Source of the DNA: Callorhinchus milii
Taxonomy: Eukaryota
Length of the DNA: 64,000 nt
Direction: 5' to 3'
Assembly (NCBI RefSeq): GCF_018977255.1
Contig: NW_024704743.1
Location: 23,066,001-23,130,000, forward strand
The notes beneath the pieces were generated by a model. That model saw only the letters and a list, made by a program, of their open reading frames with translations. It had not been told where the DNA came from and did not search any database. The translations under genes were made by a program, and so were the position numbers. Below are positions 13,170 through 25,475 of the stretch, one piece after another; the stretch's first letter is position 1, and every line of letters starts with the position of its first letter.

Positions 13170-13460
13170 CTTACATGGAGTTACATAGATTGAAACAGCA
13201 CAAAAACGGACCATTTAGCCCAACTAGTCTATACACCTCACAAGCCCCACCTTCTATTCCCCTCTTCTATCCCCCTCTGTTCCTTTCTCCCATATGCATG
13301 CATCAAGTTTCCTCTTAAATACATTGATGCTTTTTGCTTCAACCACAGCTTCTAGCAGTAAATAAGTTTCTCCTATACTCCCGTTTAGATCTACCATTAA
13401 CTATCTTGTATATACCAACAAGTGGTCAATCAACATCCATTATATTGAATATTTCATAGT
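13170..13460 (-). mobile_element. CR1 LINE 3' fragment
   Basis: Reverse of the CR1 3' end at 30735-31040 (acagcacaaaaacggaccatttagcccaactagtctat). Confidence 0.65.
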
Positions 13461-13639
13461 CTAGATCAGGAAAGAGTAATGAATCAACAGTTAATAATGG
13501 GATTAAATTTAGGAATTGCAATATTTGAGATGTTGAACATAAGCATCAGACTTCATAGAACCATAGATCCATAGACATTTACAGCACAGAAGACCATTCG
13601 GCCCCCAATGACGGTGCTGACTCTTTTAAAAGCAATCCT

Positions 13640-14145
13640 TTCAGTCCCAATATACTCAGGCTATATAGTGTTCTGGTCAGTCCGCACCTACAGTAGTACC
13701 TACAGTTCTGGTCACCATAAAATAAAGGGGGCTGCCCAGGACCAAGAGGCAGTACAAAGAAAAGCAGCAAGGATGATTCTCAGTGTTAGAGGAATGAGCT
13801 ATGAGTAACAATTAGTCACACTAAGGCTCTTCTGTCTTGAAATAGCTTAGAGGAGACCTCCGAAAGGTGTATAAGATTTTAAATGAAATTGAAAAAGTAA
13901 ACCCAGAAGCACACTTTCGGATGCACCACAACAGTAGAACAAAAGGACATTTTAAAAGTTTAAAATTGCAAAGGACATTTTCAGGACAGAAACCAGGAAG
14001 AGGATAATTAACAAGTGGAACAGGTTGCCAGGAAGGGTGGCTGAGGCCAGGGCACTGTTTTTAAAAGCTTGATATTGTGATGGGAAGAGTAAGGTGGGTG
14101 TCTGGAGGGATGAGATCAGATGGGCTGAAGGGTTTTCTTCATCCA
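13640..14145 (+). mobile_element. CR1 LINE ORF2 C-terminal/3'UTR fragment
   Basis: Translates to EAVQRKAARMILSVRGMSYE (CR1 LE.VQRRATRMI.GL..LSYE motif), then the WNRLP region and 3'UTR. Confidence 0.8.
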
Positions 14146-14279
14146 AGCCAATTTAAAATGACAGGTAGCACCAGTGATTTACGATTGGGTGCAGGGAGCT
14201 GGGGGACTCTAACAGCGGGGAGTGCATGAAACAAAAATAGACAAGAGACTGAGAAGAAGAAAATACCAAACAGAATTTT

Positions 14280-14670
14280 TGTAATGCCTGATATATCACG
14301 TTGAAACATTGCAAGGCACTTCACAAGTAATTATTATCGAATGGAGGGACTATTTTTGTAGTTAAACGTGGCAGCCATTTTACGACAACCATGTTCCACT
14401 CACTGCCATGAGGTGAATGCCCAGTTATCTGGCTTCCCTTTTTGAATAGTGCGATGGGATCTTTAACACCTCCATGAACAGGCAGCCTAGACCCTTGTTA
14501 AACCTGAGTTGAAAGTACTGTATCATCTGAGAAATGGCACCATCTATAATGCTGGACTCCCCCAGTGGTCCAATGAAGTGTTACTCCCTAGACAATGAGT
14601 TGAAGTTGCACATGGGGCTGAAACCCACAACCTTCACTTGACTAGGAGGTGGGAGAGAGTCACTAACTAT
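14280..14670 (-). mobile_element. DeuSINE/SacSINE1-like SINE
   Basis: tttgaatagtgcgatgggatctttaac core and gaaacccacaacctt head. Confidence 0.65.
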
Positions 14671-14773
14671 GACAGACTCACAAAGAGAGAGAGAAGAGAG
14701 AGAGAGAAAATCATCACCTAGCTATGACAGACTGAGAAAGAGAGAGAGAGACAGAAAAAAGAGAAAATCATCA
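14667..14773. repeat. Short tandem duplication containing a (GA)n microsatellite
   Basis: ctatgacagact-(ga)n-aaaatcatca occurs twice in succession. Confidence 0.7.
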
Positions 14774-15466
14774 GAGGAAGTGTGACAGAAATATTTTCGC
14801 CTACAAAATACACAGTCAATTCACGTTACAGTGTATTCTGTGAAGCACTTTGAGATGTCTTGAAGAGGTGATAAGGCGCTATCTCAAATGTAAGGATTAT
14901 TATTATTCAAGAGCGTGGATAAACTCACAACCTGATTTTTAATATTTTAGTTGTCATTGCTTAGTAATGATAATAATCCTTGCATTTGATATAGCACATT
15001 ATCATGTCAATAATAGACTTTGCCCATATAGTTTCAAAATGCATAGTCAATCCACTCTACAATATATTGTATTCTGTGAAGTGCTTTGGGACATCTTAAT
15101 GATGCTACATATGAAGCTATATCAAATGCAAGGATTCTTCTTATTATTTTTATTATTGTTAGATCTGACTTTTAACAAGGAAACAAATGACCTTCAAATT
15201 TTTTTGCAACAAGACTTCCATTTGTGCTGCTGTTCTCTGCACTTTCTTCATTTCCTGAAATATCTCCGTCATTACTTATTTTTCTTCTTCAGTTCTTCTG
15301 CTCCTCCCTCTTCTGGAGGTGGTGAGTCATGTGAGTTCTGCAGCACCTTGTGTCGTTCAGCACTTCATCTAAGTGACATTCTTTATATGTGAACCTACAT
15401 GTAAGGGCACGCTATTGTGACGTGGGTTGGAGAGTAGGGGTGTTGGTGGGGGAAATCTCAGCTCAA

Positions 15467-16082
15467 TTTTTTGGTCTCAGACAGATGTCTGTCACATGTG
15501 GAAATCCATCACCATTCTTAAAAGTATCCAAACCAAGCTGAGATTTCCATGCATTCCACCTACACATGGAAATCCCAGAGAGAGATTGTTGGAATGGAAT
15601 ACACATTCTCTCCTTGGAGGGACACATCCTGCTTACCTAATTCTGGAAAGTATTAGGTGCAGGTTGGCAGGAGCCAAAGTTTGAGGACCTCATAGTGTGT
15701 ATATGGGAGTACCAATAGTATAGTAATCCTTGCATTTGATATAGCACCTTATCACATTGCTGAGAATGTCTCAAAGTGCTTTACAAAATATACTGTAAAG
15801 TGAAATGACTATATTTTGTGTGAGAAGAGCAGCAGCCAATTTCACACAGCATTGTTCCACAAACAGGCATGAATCGAATGATCAAATTATTAATATTTTT
15901 TATGAAGGGATCTTTACCCTGGGAAAGCAATCTGCCAATTGACTAACAACTGGGTTTCTACTCACTGCTAGATAAACAGAGACATGTGGAGTAAGGAAAC
16001 TTGCCTAATGTTTTGTTCTGTCCGGCAATCGAACCCGGTCCTCTCGCTTGCGAGACGAGTGCACCAACCACTCAACTGGACT
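15467..16082 (-). mobile_element. Composite element: full tRNA-derived SINE (15722-16082) plus ~250-nt 3' extension and A-tail
   Basis: Extension 15473-15721 is the reverse complement of 25491-25732; both copies abut the SINE tail tgcaaggatta. Confidence 0.75.
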
Positions 16083-16830
16083 CCACCTGTAGCATAGCGG
16101 TTAGTGTGTTGGGGTACTGCCGGAGTAATTAGGAATCATATCAGTATCAGTTCAGTCTGACCCTGTCCTCACTCAGCATCAATGAGAAACAAAGTAGTGT
16201 AACTCTGTATTTTGTGGGTGATTCTCACATTCCTCCTTACAGTATATCTTATGAAGCATTGAATGATGTGAAAGGCACTATACCAGATATAAGATTCATT
16301 ATATTAGAGAAGATAGAGCAGAAAAAGTGAAGATTTAAGGATGTTGATCAAAAGCAAGTTCAGAGCGACATGATGAACAAAACCAGCGAAACGGATTGCA
16401 AAACAATTGAGATACTTTGAAAACAGTGAAGCATCAGTCTGTTGCTGGAGCGTGTTAGTTTGCTGTCATGCTGTATATCATGCAAGACATCGCTTCCACA
16501 CATGACTGGTTCACAGTCTCAACCAAGACTGTCTGAGGAGGATCTGAATGAAGTTGAGGCGCTTGCTGTGAGGAAAAAGGTGTCAGATGGTTAGTCAACC
16601 CACATCATTCTCAAGCATCCTTTCACTTATTGATTCCGAGCAGTGAGGAAGGATGCAGGCAGGGATGAAAGAGGCCTTTGAATTGAATCCATAAAGGGCC
16701 ATTGTTGTCAAAGTAAAACTATTTCCAAAGTTTTGGTACGGTTAATAACAATGATAATAATCCTTGCATTGATTATTACCCCCAGAAAAGCGATCTGCCA
16801 ATCAACTAACAACTGGGTTCCTACTTACTG

Positions 16831-17125
16831 AGCCACGTAGCTCAGTGGTTAGAGCACTCTCCTTGCAAGTGGGAGACCTGGGTTTGATTCCCAGCAGGGC
16901 GAAATCTTGGGCAAGTTTCCTTAATCCACACACCTGATAATAATAAAAAAATTGGTCCCTTTAATCCATGACTGTTTGTGGGACACTGCTGTGTGCAATT
17001 GGCTGCTGCGTTTCGCCCACAAATATACAGTCAATTCACTTTACTGTATTCTGTGAAGCGCTTTGATGCATCGAGAAGACGTGAAAAGCACTATATCAAA
17101 AGCAAGGATTATTATTATTATTACT
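16831..17125 (+). mobile_element. Full-length tRNA-Ala-derived SINE nested in a reverse-oriented SINE (about 16745-17180)
   Basis: A-box tagctcagtgg, B-box-like ggtttgattcc, (TAT)n tail; ttactg on both sides (possible TSD). Confidence 0.85.
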
Positions 17126-18688
17126 GCTAGGTAAACAGAGGCGTGTGGGTTAAGGCCACTTGCCCAACATTTTGACCAAACCCTACTGGGATTAATGTGC
17201 ATGATTTGCACATTAGGGGTGCAAAGTGCTAATCTTGAGTCTTCACGATTGGTCTGAACAATCATTTCCAATCAGCTGCCAGAGTGAGGAAAATCCAGAG
17301 CGGGAAATGGGCATCAGCTGGGAGACGGTAGTTCACTCCCTTTTTTGTTTAATGTCTTTAATGTCTCCCGAAAGGACAGATGACAACTCAGTTTAACGTC
17401 TCATCCAAAGGATGTCCCCTTTCCACACAATACACTGTGTGAAAATCCCGATATGCGGCTTCAAACAACCGGTTCAGACTCGAGATGCGAGACCGTTACC
17501 AACTGAGCCAGGTTGATAACATTTTATCTTCCAGGCCTATTTACTACTTCAAGGAGAAATGCAAGAGCCTAACATGCAATGTTCCTTTAATAAGAAATCC
17601 TATTAGAATTCCCATCGACTTGCAGGATCTTGCCTCCAAACTGTCAGAGCAGATATCCCTTGAGTTGACATGATGTTCATTCAGCTGTTGGATGGAGTCT
17701 CTATCAGCACAACCCAAATTGCTTACTGGATAATACTGCAAATTACACCTCACATTTATTTTACTTGACAAAAATCACAAAGAACTGAAGGATATTAAGC
17801 AATTAGAAATGAAATACGTGGCATGATAATTACTGTCAGGAACTCGACATGCTTAATTTATGTCGAAAGAGCAGAATTAGACAAAATAAGCCTCTAATGG
17901 CTCATGTTGGTATAATTATGTTGAGATATATTACTGTGATCGTTTGTGAGATGAACTACCTAATCTCACTCTTCTCAGAGGCAGCTCACCAGGTTCACCT
18001 GTAGTGTTGAAACACACAAAGCAAACACTTTCATCGCAGCTGAAAACATAGGTCACTGGTTAAATACTTTACTGTTATAGAAGCACAATGCAAAAGGAAA
18101 AAAAGCAATGGAGGAGCAACAATATATTCAATTTATTTCATAAGTCAAGGAAGAGGCAACATGAATATTTAACTCCAGCTCTCTCTGCAAAGATAGCATT
18201 TTGGAATAAATCGTTTCAGAAAGCAAAAAACACTAAAGTAACAGAATGCAACATAATCCAGGTCAGATACATTTACTGGTCACCACATATTGTGTCCTGT
18301 CATGTAGGACACAAATCCAAACCTCTTAACCTTAAACTTCTGCCTTGAAATTGAAGATTTTACAAAAAAATGGAAAATTCCTAAATATAATCATAATTTA
18401 AAAGCCAGCACTTGTTAATAAGCGTGGAAATCAGTTTCCAAATGGAGAGCACATAAGAATTTTCCACATCTCTGAGCAATCTTAAATTTTAAGACACAGG
18501 GTTTCACAGGATAAGACTGGACAGAATTTTGGGGGCATTTCTGAACTGAACTTATTAGATCCCCCTGTTATAAAACAGCATAAACTCTGGTCTGAAATAC
18601 GGCCACATATTTATTTATTAGTTTATTTATTTTCGCTAATTCAGTTGGGTGGCTAACACAACCGGTAACCCATTGCTTCCCACTGCTT

Positions 18689-18955
18689 TTTTTAAAAATA
18701 AACATTTATTTATAAATATAATACTTGGTACAACAGAAATCCAAACAAACACAACACACAACATCTTCTGTTACAATTTTTTTTCCCTTTCTCCCGATAC
18801 AAAAAAACATTCTGTTGTTTAAGGTACATTCCTTCACCGCACATAGCGTGTGCACACATTTTTGGGGATGCTCCCTTTAAAACAGTTGACAGTCCCTGTG
18901 TACACCACATCCTGATAACCACATGTGCCGCTTTTAGAAGGTGCCCCGATGTGCA
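18689..18955 (-). mobile_element. 5'-truncated poly(A) retrotransposon insertion (L1/Tx1-like) with 19-bp TSD
   Basis: ccattgcttcccactgctt at 18670-18688 and 18956-18974; minus strand has a GT-rich 3'UTR, AATAAA and an A-run. Confidence 0.75.
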
Positions 18956-20656
18956 CCATTGCTTCCCACTGCTTGTCGAGTGAGGACACATTTGCCTCAC
19001 AATTCATAGCTGCAAACAAGACCAGTTACTGATGGTTATGATGTGAGATCCATGGGCTGCATGTCATGCATAATTCAACCAAACAGCACAATCTCCAAAG
19101 TCAGATTGGGCTATGGTGCACTAAAACCCACAATTTAAAAGAGATTATGTAAGGTTGTGCGGCTCAATTTAAGAAAATAAAGTTTTTGTTAACAAATGAT
19201 TCACTTTTCTTCCCTGACAATGTAGGCTCAGGTAAATATTTACTGGAAGCTTTCCGCTTCAGGGTGTTTGATAATTTTCATTCAAGAGTTTCTAATACAA
19301 CTTCTGAATTAACTCTATTCCCATTTGCTTATCTGCTAAGTGCATACGGCTAAATTAAGTGCTATGATGGGACCTGGCTGTGAATATGGTGGGAGTGCAT
19401 ACGTGATCACAAAGATGAACTGGCTCAAACTGGCCTGATTACGTCAGACAACTACAAAGCCGAACTTATGCTTTAAGCGCTATTAATAATAATAATTAGG
19501 ATGGATATTAATATCAATAATAATAATACTTACATTTGAAAAAGCAACTAAAAATAAAAATAATCCATGCATTTGATACAGCATCTTAAAGTGCTTCACA
19601 GGATATTCTGTAAAGTGTAGTAACTGTATATCTGTAGATGATCACAGAAGCTAATTTGCACACAGCAATGCCCCACAAACAGCCATTAAATTAAGGATCA
19701 ATTTTATCCGGAGGATAATTGGCCAGGATACCGTGAACACAAAATGCTATCGTGGTGCTTGAACCCATAAATTTGTGACCAAGAGACAAGAGTGCTACCG
19801 ACGTTAGGAACACTTGCAAACTTGATCTTTACATAGTTAGTGTTAATGAAAAGTCTATGCGTTTATCTCAGTAATTAGCATGATACTGGATTCTGATTCT
19901 TCAGCTGTCAGTAACAATCAAGTTAACTATGAAGGTGGCAGTCTGATATGTTATCAGGAAGGTTGTAGGAATCCATATAAGGAGTGGAAACATTTGGGTA
20001 GAGGCTTAATATTAGAATTCTAGCAGCAAGTGCACAATAAAACTCAAAACTCAGTCATTGCAATTTATGGTAAATCCTGTGAAGGGCTTTGAGGCATCAT
20101 CTTGATGTGAAAGGTAATATATCAAACGTAAGGAAAATGTAAGAAAAACACATACTATGTGATTTTTTTTGCACAAAATTTAGCCATTTTTTATCTGTTA
20201 ACTTGTAATTGCTATTTGTAATACTTGGGAGATGCAGATCGTGTGCTAATTATTCAGCTACAACAACAACAACAAGATTCCATTTATAGAACGCCTTTCA
20301 CGTTGGGAGGATGTCCCAAGGCGCTGGACAGTTGGGTCAGGACCCGAGCAGGGGGGAAATGGTCAGGGTGAGGGTGAGCTAGGTCAAAATGTTTTCAATG
20401 ACTGGTTTAATCAGATTACTAACTATGTAACATTGGAAAGCTATAGCGTCAGGGAGGAAATCACGGCAACTCAGTCGTGGACCACAATGGCTTTGTAATT
20501 AACAAAGAATATGTTGCACTCAAATGGAAACTTTAGATTTAAGACTGAAGTAGCTTTAAAGGGTAAATTGCTTTCTAAAGACAAACACATTATTTCTATG
20601 ATACTGGATGGTTTCTAGCTTAGGTTTTGCTTAGGTTTATTGTGGACCTGCATTAC

Positions 20657-20865
20657 ATAATAATAATAATCCTTGCATTTGATATAACGCTTTTTCACGT
20701 CTTCTACACGTCTCAAAGCGCTTCACAGAATATACTGTAAAGTGAATTGATCGTATATTTGTGGGTGAAACGTGGCAGCCAATTGCGCACAGCTGTGTCC
20801 CACAAACAGTCGTGGATTGAAAATGACCAATTTTTTATTATTGTTTTTTTTGGGAGGGATTATTA
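20657..20865 (-). mobile_element. tRNA-derived SINE, 3' half
   Basis: taataataatccttgcatttgatataacgc...ggcagccaattgcgcacagc...cccacaaacagtcgtggattg. Confidence 0.85.
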
Positions 20866-21259
20866 CACCAGAGCTTTTTGTACTAATAAATGGCTGTTGT
20901 ATCTGCCTACAAAAAATACAGTCACTACACTGTGCATAGGAAGTGCAGCTGATGTCAGCGTAGCAATGTGTAGGCAGTGATGGTGGCATTTTCGCACTCC
21001 CTTTTATCCCAGGCAACCATAATGCAGTGGCCATATACTAGGGTACAACATGTGAGCTATGAGTGTAATCGAACACCTAACAGAGAGAAGCAATTTTTTT
21101 TTGCTCCTGACTGCAGTATTAAAGATAAACAGAACTCAAGAAATGATGGAATGTCTGAAGTTTGGGGATTAAGATTACTTTCCTTTTGAAATTATGAAGG
21201 AATGAAAGTTAAAAAAGAGGAACAAATTCCCCCGAATGCCATGAAGTGAATTACCCTGT

Positions 21260-21535
21260 TCTTTGAATGAGATGTTAAACCATGGCCTCATCTACCTGTT
21301 CAGGTGGGCCTTAAAAATCCCACAGCACTATTCGAAAAGAACAAAGAAAGGAGTTTTTCCTGTTGTCCTGGTCGACCGTGCCCTAAATAAAATAAAATTA
21401 GTTATCTACTTTGTTGCTGAGTTTGGTACACTGCAGTGCATAAATTGGCTGCTGTGTTCACCCACAGAATACACGATCACTGCACTCTACAATAAAATCC
21501 TGTGATAAAACAATATATCAAGTACAAGGATTATT
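21260..21535 (+). mobile_element. DeuSINE/SacSINE1-like SINE, 5'-truncated
   Basis: gaatgagatgttaaaccatggcctcatctacctgttcaggtgg core. Confidence 0.7.
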
Positions 21536-23411
21536 GCTAAAATCTAAAATGGATTGCCATGATACACAATATGTTCCACTGAGCCCGAGAATTTGGACAA
21601 AAATTATCCTTATTGGACTGGCTGCACAGTGATACCTGTTGAAATAAAATATGTGTGTTTACCCAGGATTTGGCCTGGTTGTAAACCTCCCCATAGCTGA
21701 ATAAATTGGTAACTCTCATCATCAAGGCTCATAGGCGAATAATGGACACTTGGTTTGGTCTAAGGCACTGCCGTCTGTTGCTATCAATAGAACTGATTTT
21801 CCTTTTTACCCATAATCGTCACAGCTCAGTTTTACTCTGCAGCCTCAAATCACACACGAGGAAAACAGTTTTGCGGTATAAAATAACACATTCTCTCCTA
21901 TTGAGTTATAACACTCCTGCATCTATTGCTTTCAAGTGTGGATTTTGTTACTTGTGGAGAAAGGCTTTAGACGTGACAGGCCAGAGACAAGGAGAACATT
22001 GATTAAGTCCACACTGCTCTGGGTGATACTTAACCAGTATTTGCGGCAGTTCAACTAGAATAGAAGCTTAAAACTGAATGCAGCTTCAATTTCTCAGGAT
22101 GTGAATGGTTGTTGATTATGCTTCATTTTCCCACAGTTCACACCGCCTTGTATCTGTGGGAGTGATAGTCTAGGTGGAGCAATGAACCATTGATTATTGT
22201 CAGTTTCCCTACAGAAGCATGACAAAGGCTACTTAAGTATAATAGCATAAGGAAAGCTCCAGGCCTGATGGAAAGCACGAATGAAGCAACTTTTTCCAGT
22301 GAGCAAGGCTTCATTGAGCCTATGCTTCAAGCGAACAGCTTGTCATCTTTGACTCTCCCACCGCAGTCACAAAGAGAACGCCTGCACTCTCTCGTTGATT
22401 AGTGTCTGTACCACAGGCAATTACTCTGAGCAAGCAATTTGGTGTAATGATTTGGTTGTAAAACTTAAGGTCCATTTAGATCTCTTTTCACCCTGAATTA
22501 TTCCTGTTTTATGATTGTATGTGCTGTCTTTTTATCTAACTCTGAAAAGACGTTCATCTGGCCCAGAGATGAAATGCCACTGCACATCGAATCTTGTGTC
22601 CGCTAACATTATGGCTTGCGATCATTGAGCTACAAGATGAATATTTAACTACCGTATATCATAACCCAGAGACATCAAATTGAGAACACTTTACTCCCAT
22701 GGCATCAAACTTGTGCAAACAATTCCCTTTTATGAGCTTGAGTACAATTTCTAAGGATCTGCTTTATTTTCCTTTTTAAAAAAAGAATGACATGAGCAAT
22801 TTGATTAAATTCTTCACCAGAAAGCTCATTTAAATTTTTATTAAGATGTTGAATTTCATTCAAATGAGTCAACAAGGGGGCTCATCCTGGGGAAAGAAAT
22901 GTACATTTTAATATCCTTGGTTAAATTGGTTTTCGTAAAACTTTAATTACTGTCCTCCAATTACTCAGGAATAATAAGCCTCACCAGTTTGTGGCGGCTA
23001 TGACCTGAAGTGACTAATGTCTCAGTGAATGTCAAATTACAGAAGAAATTGCTGCTGGAATCAATGAGCACAATGATAGTTGTTTAATGGCACTAATGAG
23101 CTCTTAACAGGATAAGGATACAACTCATTTCAAAAGATTTACAAGAAAAAAGGATCAATTTTCTGCCTGTTTGGGAGGAATGGGGTGGCGGGTGGAGGGG
23201 TGAGGGGGGGGGTGGGGTGGGGTCAGGCTGGGATTGATGAAGATCCCTTCACACTTACGGTAGAGTCCACACTAAGTGGGACTGGGTGCTATGCAGAGAA
23301 GCAATCATTGTGGATAACTGGGCTTTGCACAAAACATAAGTGTGCTAACCAAAACGTATCTCAAAAATATTTCATTAGGAGTTATACTGTACATCAGACT
23401 GAGCCAACCTT

Positions 23412-23595
23412 TATAATAATAACCCTTGCATTTAATATAGTGCCTTATCAAGTCTTCGAGATGCTTGAAACGCTTCACAGAATATACTGTAAAGTGAATT
23501 GACTGTATATTTTGTGGGCGAAACGCGGCAGCCAATTGCGCACAGCAATGTCCCACAAACAGTCCTGGATTGAGTGACCAATTTATTATTATTTT
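23412..23595 (-). mobile_element. tRNA-derived SINE, 3' half
   Basis: Near-consensus tail and body. Confidence 0.85.
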
Positions 23596-23975
23596 TCTGA
23601 AGAAATTTACCTCTCTAAGCCTTTCTTTCTGCCACTCCTTCTACAACATTCTATCTCTCACTCTGTCTCTGAGTCTTTCTCTGCTTCCTTTTCGACTCCA
23701 ATCGAATGGACTCGATTCCTATCATAGAACCTGATTTGTGTGCACGTGCAATGTTGTGCGTAGTTGCTAAGAAAGTGGTTCAGAACAATTAGTGACCACA
23801 AGATCATTGACAACCTTTGCACATGTGAAGAAGGATTGGATTATTTGCCGCCTGGAAACTACTTCTGGATTGGAACCCGCAGCAGACAATCGAATAATTG
23901 GTTTGTGGGTAACTGGTGTATTCACAAAGAGAAGGGAGTTTCTCCCGTTCTCCGGGCAAACAATCCTCTTGATTA

Positions 23976-24048
23976 AAATAAAAAATACTGCAGATGCTGG
24001 ACTCTGAAACAAAAACAGAGCGAGCTGGGAAAGCTCAGCAGGTCAGCT
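23976..24048 (-). mobile_element. Penelope-type terminal-repeat fragment with 14-bp TSD, nested in a DeuSINE (about 23925-24225)
   Basis: aaatactgcagatgctgg...ctcagcaggtcag is the reverse of 37745-37828; aatcctcttgatta at 23962-23975 and 24049-24062. Confidence 0.75.
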
Positions 24049-24429
24049 AATCCTCTTGATTAGTTGATCATTCAATTCATGGCTATTTATAGGACCTTTC
24101 TGATGCAAATTGCTGCTACATTTTGTTAGAACGGTTACTATTCTCGACCGTAATTACACTAAAGTAAAGTTCTTTGAAACGTTTCAGCATGATAAGGTTC
24201 TATAAAAATAAAAGCTCTTTCTTTTCTAATCTGAAAGGGACTTCATTTGACAATCTGGTGGATTTCTGACATAAGAGTAATGAAATGGCACTCATCACTA
24301 ATAACTATGAAGCAATACAATATGGGCAACAGTGGCTCATGTCTTAAATTTCAAAATAATTGCCGTGACCTCCCTTCTTTAAAAACCTCAACACATCCTT
24401 GCTCCCTAACTACTGTCCCTTGGACACAG

Positions 24430-24735
24430 AGACTATTATCCATATTTGCATCATATTCAGGCTTGATTACATCAATTGTCTTTTTGCTAGATTTCCGATT
24501 TTCTTCCCTTCACAAGCTGCAGACGGTACAGAACTCTATGATTCGGTGTTATTTCCAACATTAGGTTCATGAGCCAATCAACAATCCTTATCCTGCTCCG
24601 CTGGCTCCCCATCCCCCAACGAATTGAGTTCAAGATCTACACCCTAACCTTTAAATCCCTCCATGGTTTTGCCGCCACCCTACCTCTGTGACCTCCTAAA
24701 ACTCTATTACTCCCTCCGCTCAGCGGACTTGGTTA
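24430..24735 (+). mobile_element. L2 LINE ORF2 fragment
   Basis: SSLHKLQTVQNS, then ctggctccccatcccccaacgaattgagttcaag (LHWLPI.QRI.FK). Confidence 0.75.
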
Positions 24736-24746
24736 ATTGTCCCATC

Positions 24747-25427
24747 CTTGAGGGGTAGGAAAGCGGGGTCTCCTTGGAGCTGAACTGGGTCCTGTAGCTC
24801 AGTGGTTAGAGCACTCGCTTTGCAAGCGAGAGACCTGAGTTCAATTCCAGGCAGGGCGAAACCTTGGGCAAGTTTCCGTACTCCACACACCTAATAATAA
24901 TCCCTACAAAAACCAAAAACAATAACAAAAATTGGTCATTTTCAATCTACGACTGTTTGTGGGACATTGCTGTGCGCAATTGGCTGCCGCGTTCGCCTAC
25001 AAATATACAGTCAATTCACTTTACAGTGTGTTCTGTGAAGCGCTTTGGGACTTCCTCCCGACGTGAAAAGTGCTATATCAAATGCAAGGATTATTATTAT
25101 TATTATTAAAGTGATATGCCTGGCAGTGGCATGTTACAATTGAGCCAGCCCTCTGTGGTGGTCTCAGTAGTCCGGTTCTTGAACCAGGCAAGTCTATAGT
25201 ATCCATGTTGTGCCAATGATGACAGCACAGCCAGCCTAGCTCATTGGCACAACATGGAAGGTCAGACCAGTCACTGGGGACAGGGAGTCATCCCACTCAG
25301 TTCCTGTTAACCCTGCAAGCCAAAGCCGTAATGGGTAGGGTGGTGCTAGCTGGACAAATGGAGGGAAAAGTTGCCGGACAGCAATATCAATGGCAAGCTA
25401 TGTAGTTTTAGCTGGTTAGACTCCAGC
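24747..25427 (+). repeat. Unclassified interspersed repeat (copy 1), interrupted by the SINE at 24789-25108
   Basis: Colinear similarity to 61022-61371 on both sides of the SINE. Confidence 0.7.
24789..25108 (+). mobile_element. Full-length tRNA-Ala(TGC)-derived SINE
   Basis: Head folds as a cloverleaf-like structure (gctc/gagc D-arm, ctcgc-tttgcaa-gcgag anticodon arm); A/B boxes; ccttgggcaag motif; (TAT)n tail. Confidence 0.9.
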
Positions 25428-25475
25428 AGCACCCCGACGCACACAGTCATCCCCAAGCTTTGGCTCTTGATAACC

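Noticed and set aside
14967..15392. 141-aa ORF
   Set aside because: Built from two opposed SINE tails plus a low-complexity pyrimidine tract
16430..16593. Open frame LLLERVSLLSCC...LSEEDLNEVEALAVRKK
   Set aside because: No convincing splice signals or recognisable family; consistent with chance
24789..24860. tRNA-Ala(TGC)-like cloverleaf (also at 16831, 42165-42237, 48743, 59359)
   Set aside because: Always continues into the SINE body and tail and has an imperfect T-arm/acceptor stem; a SINE head, not a tRNA gene
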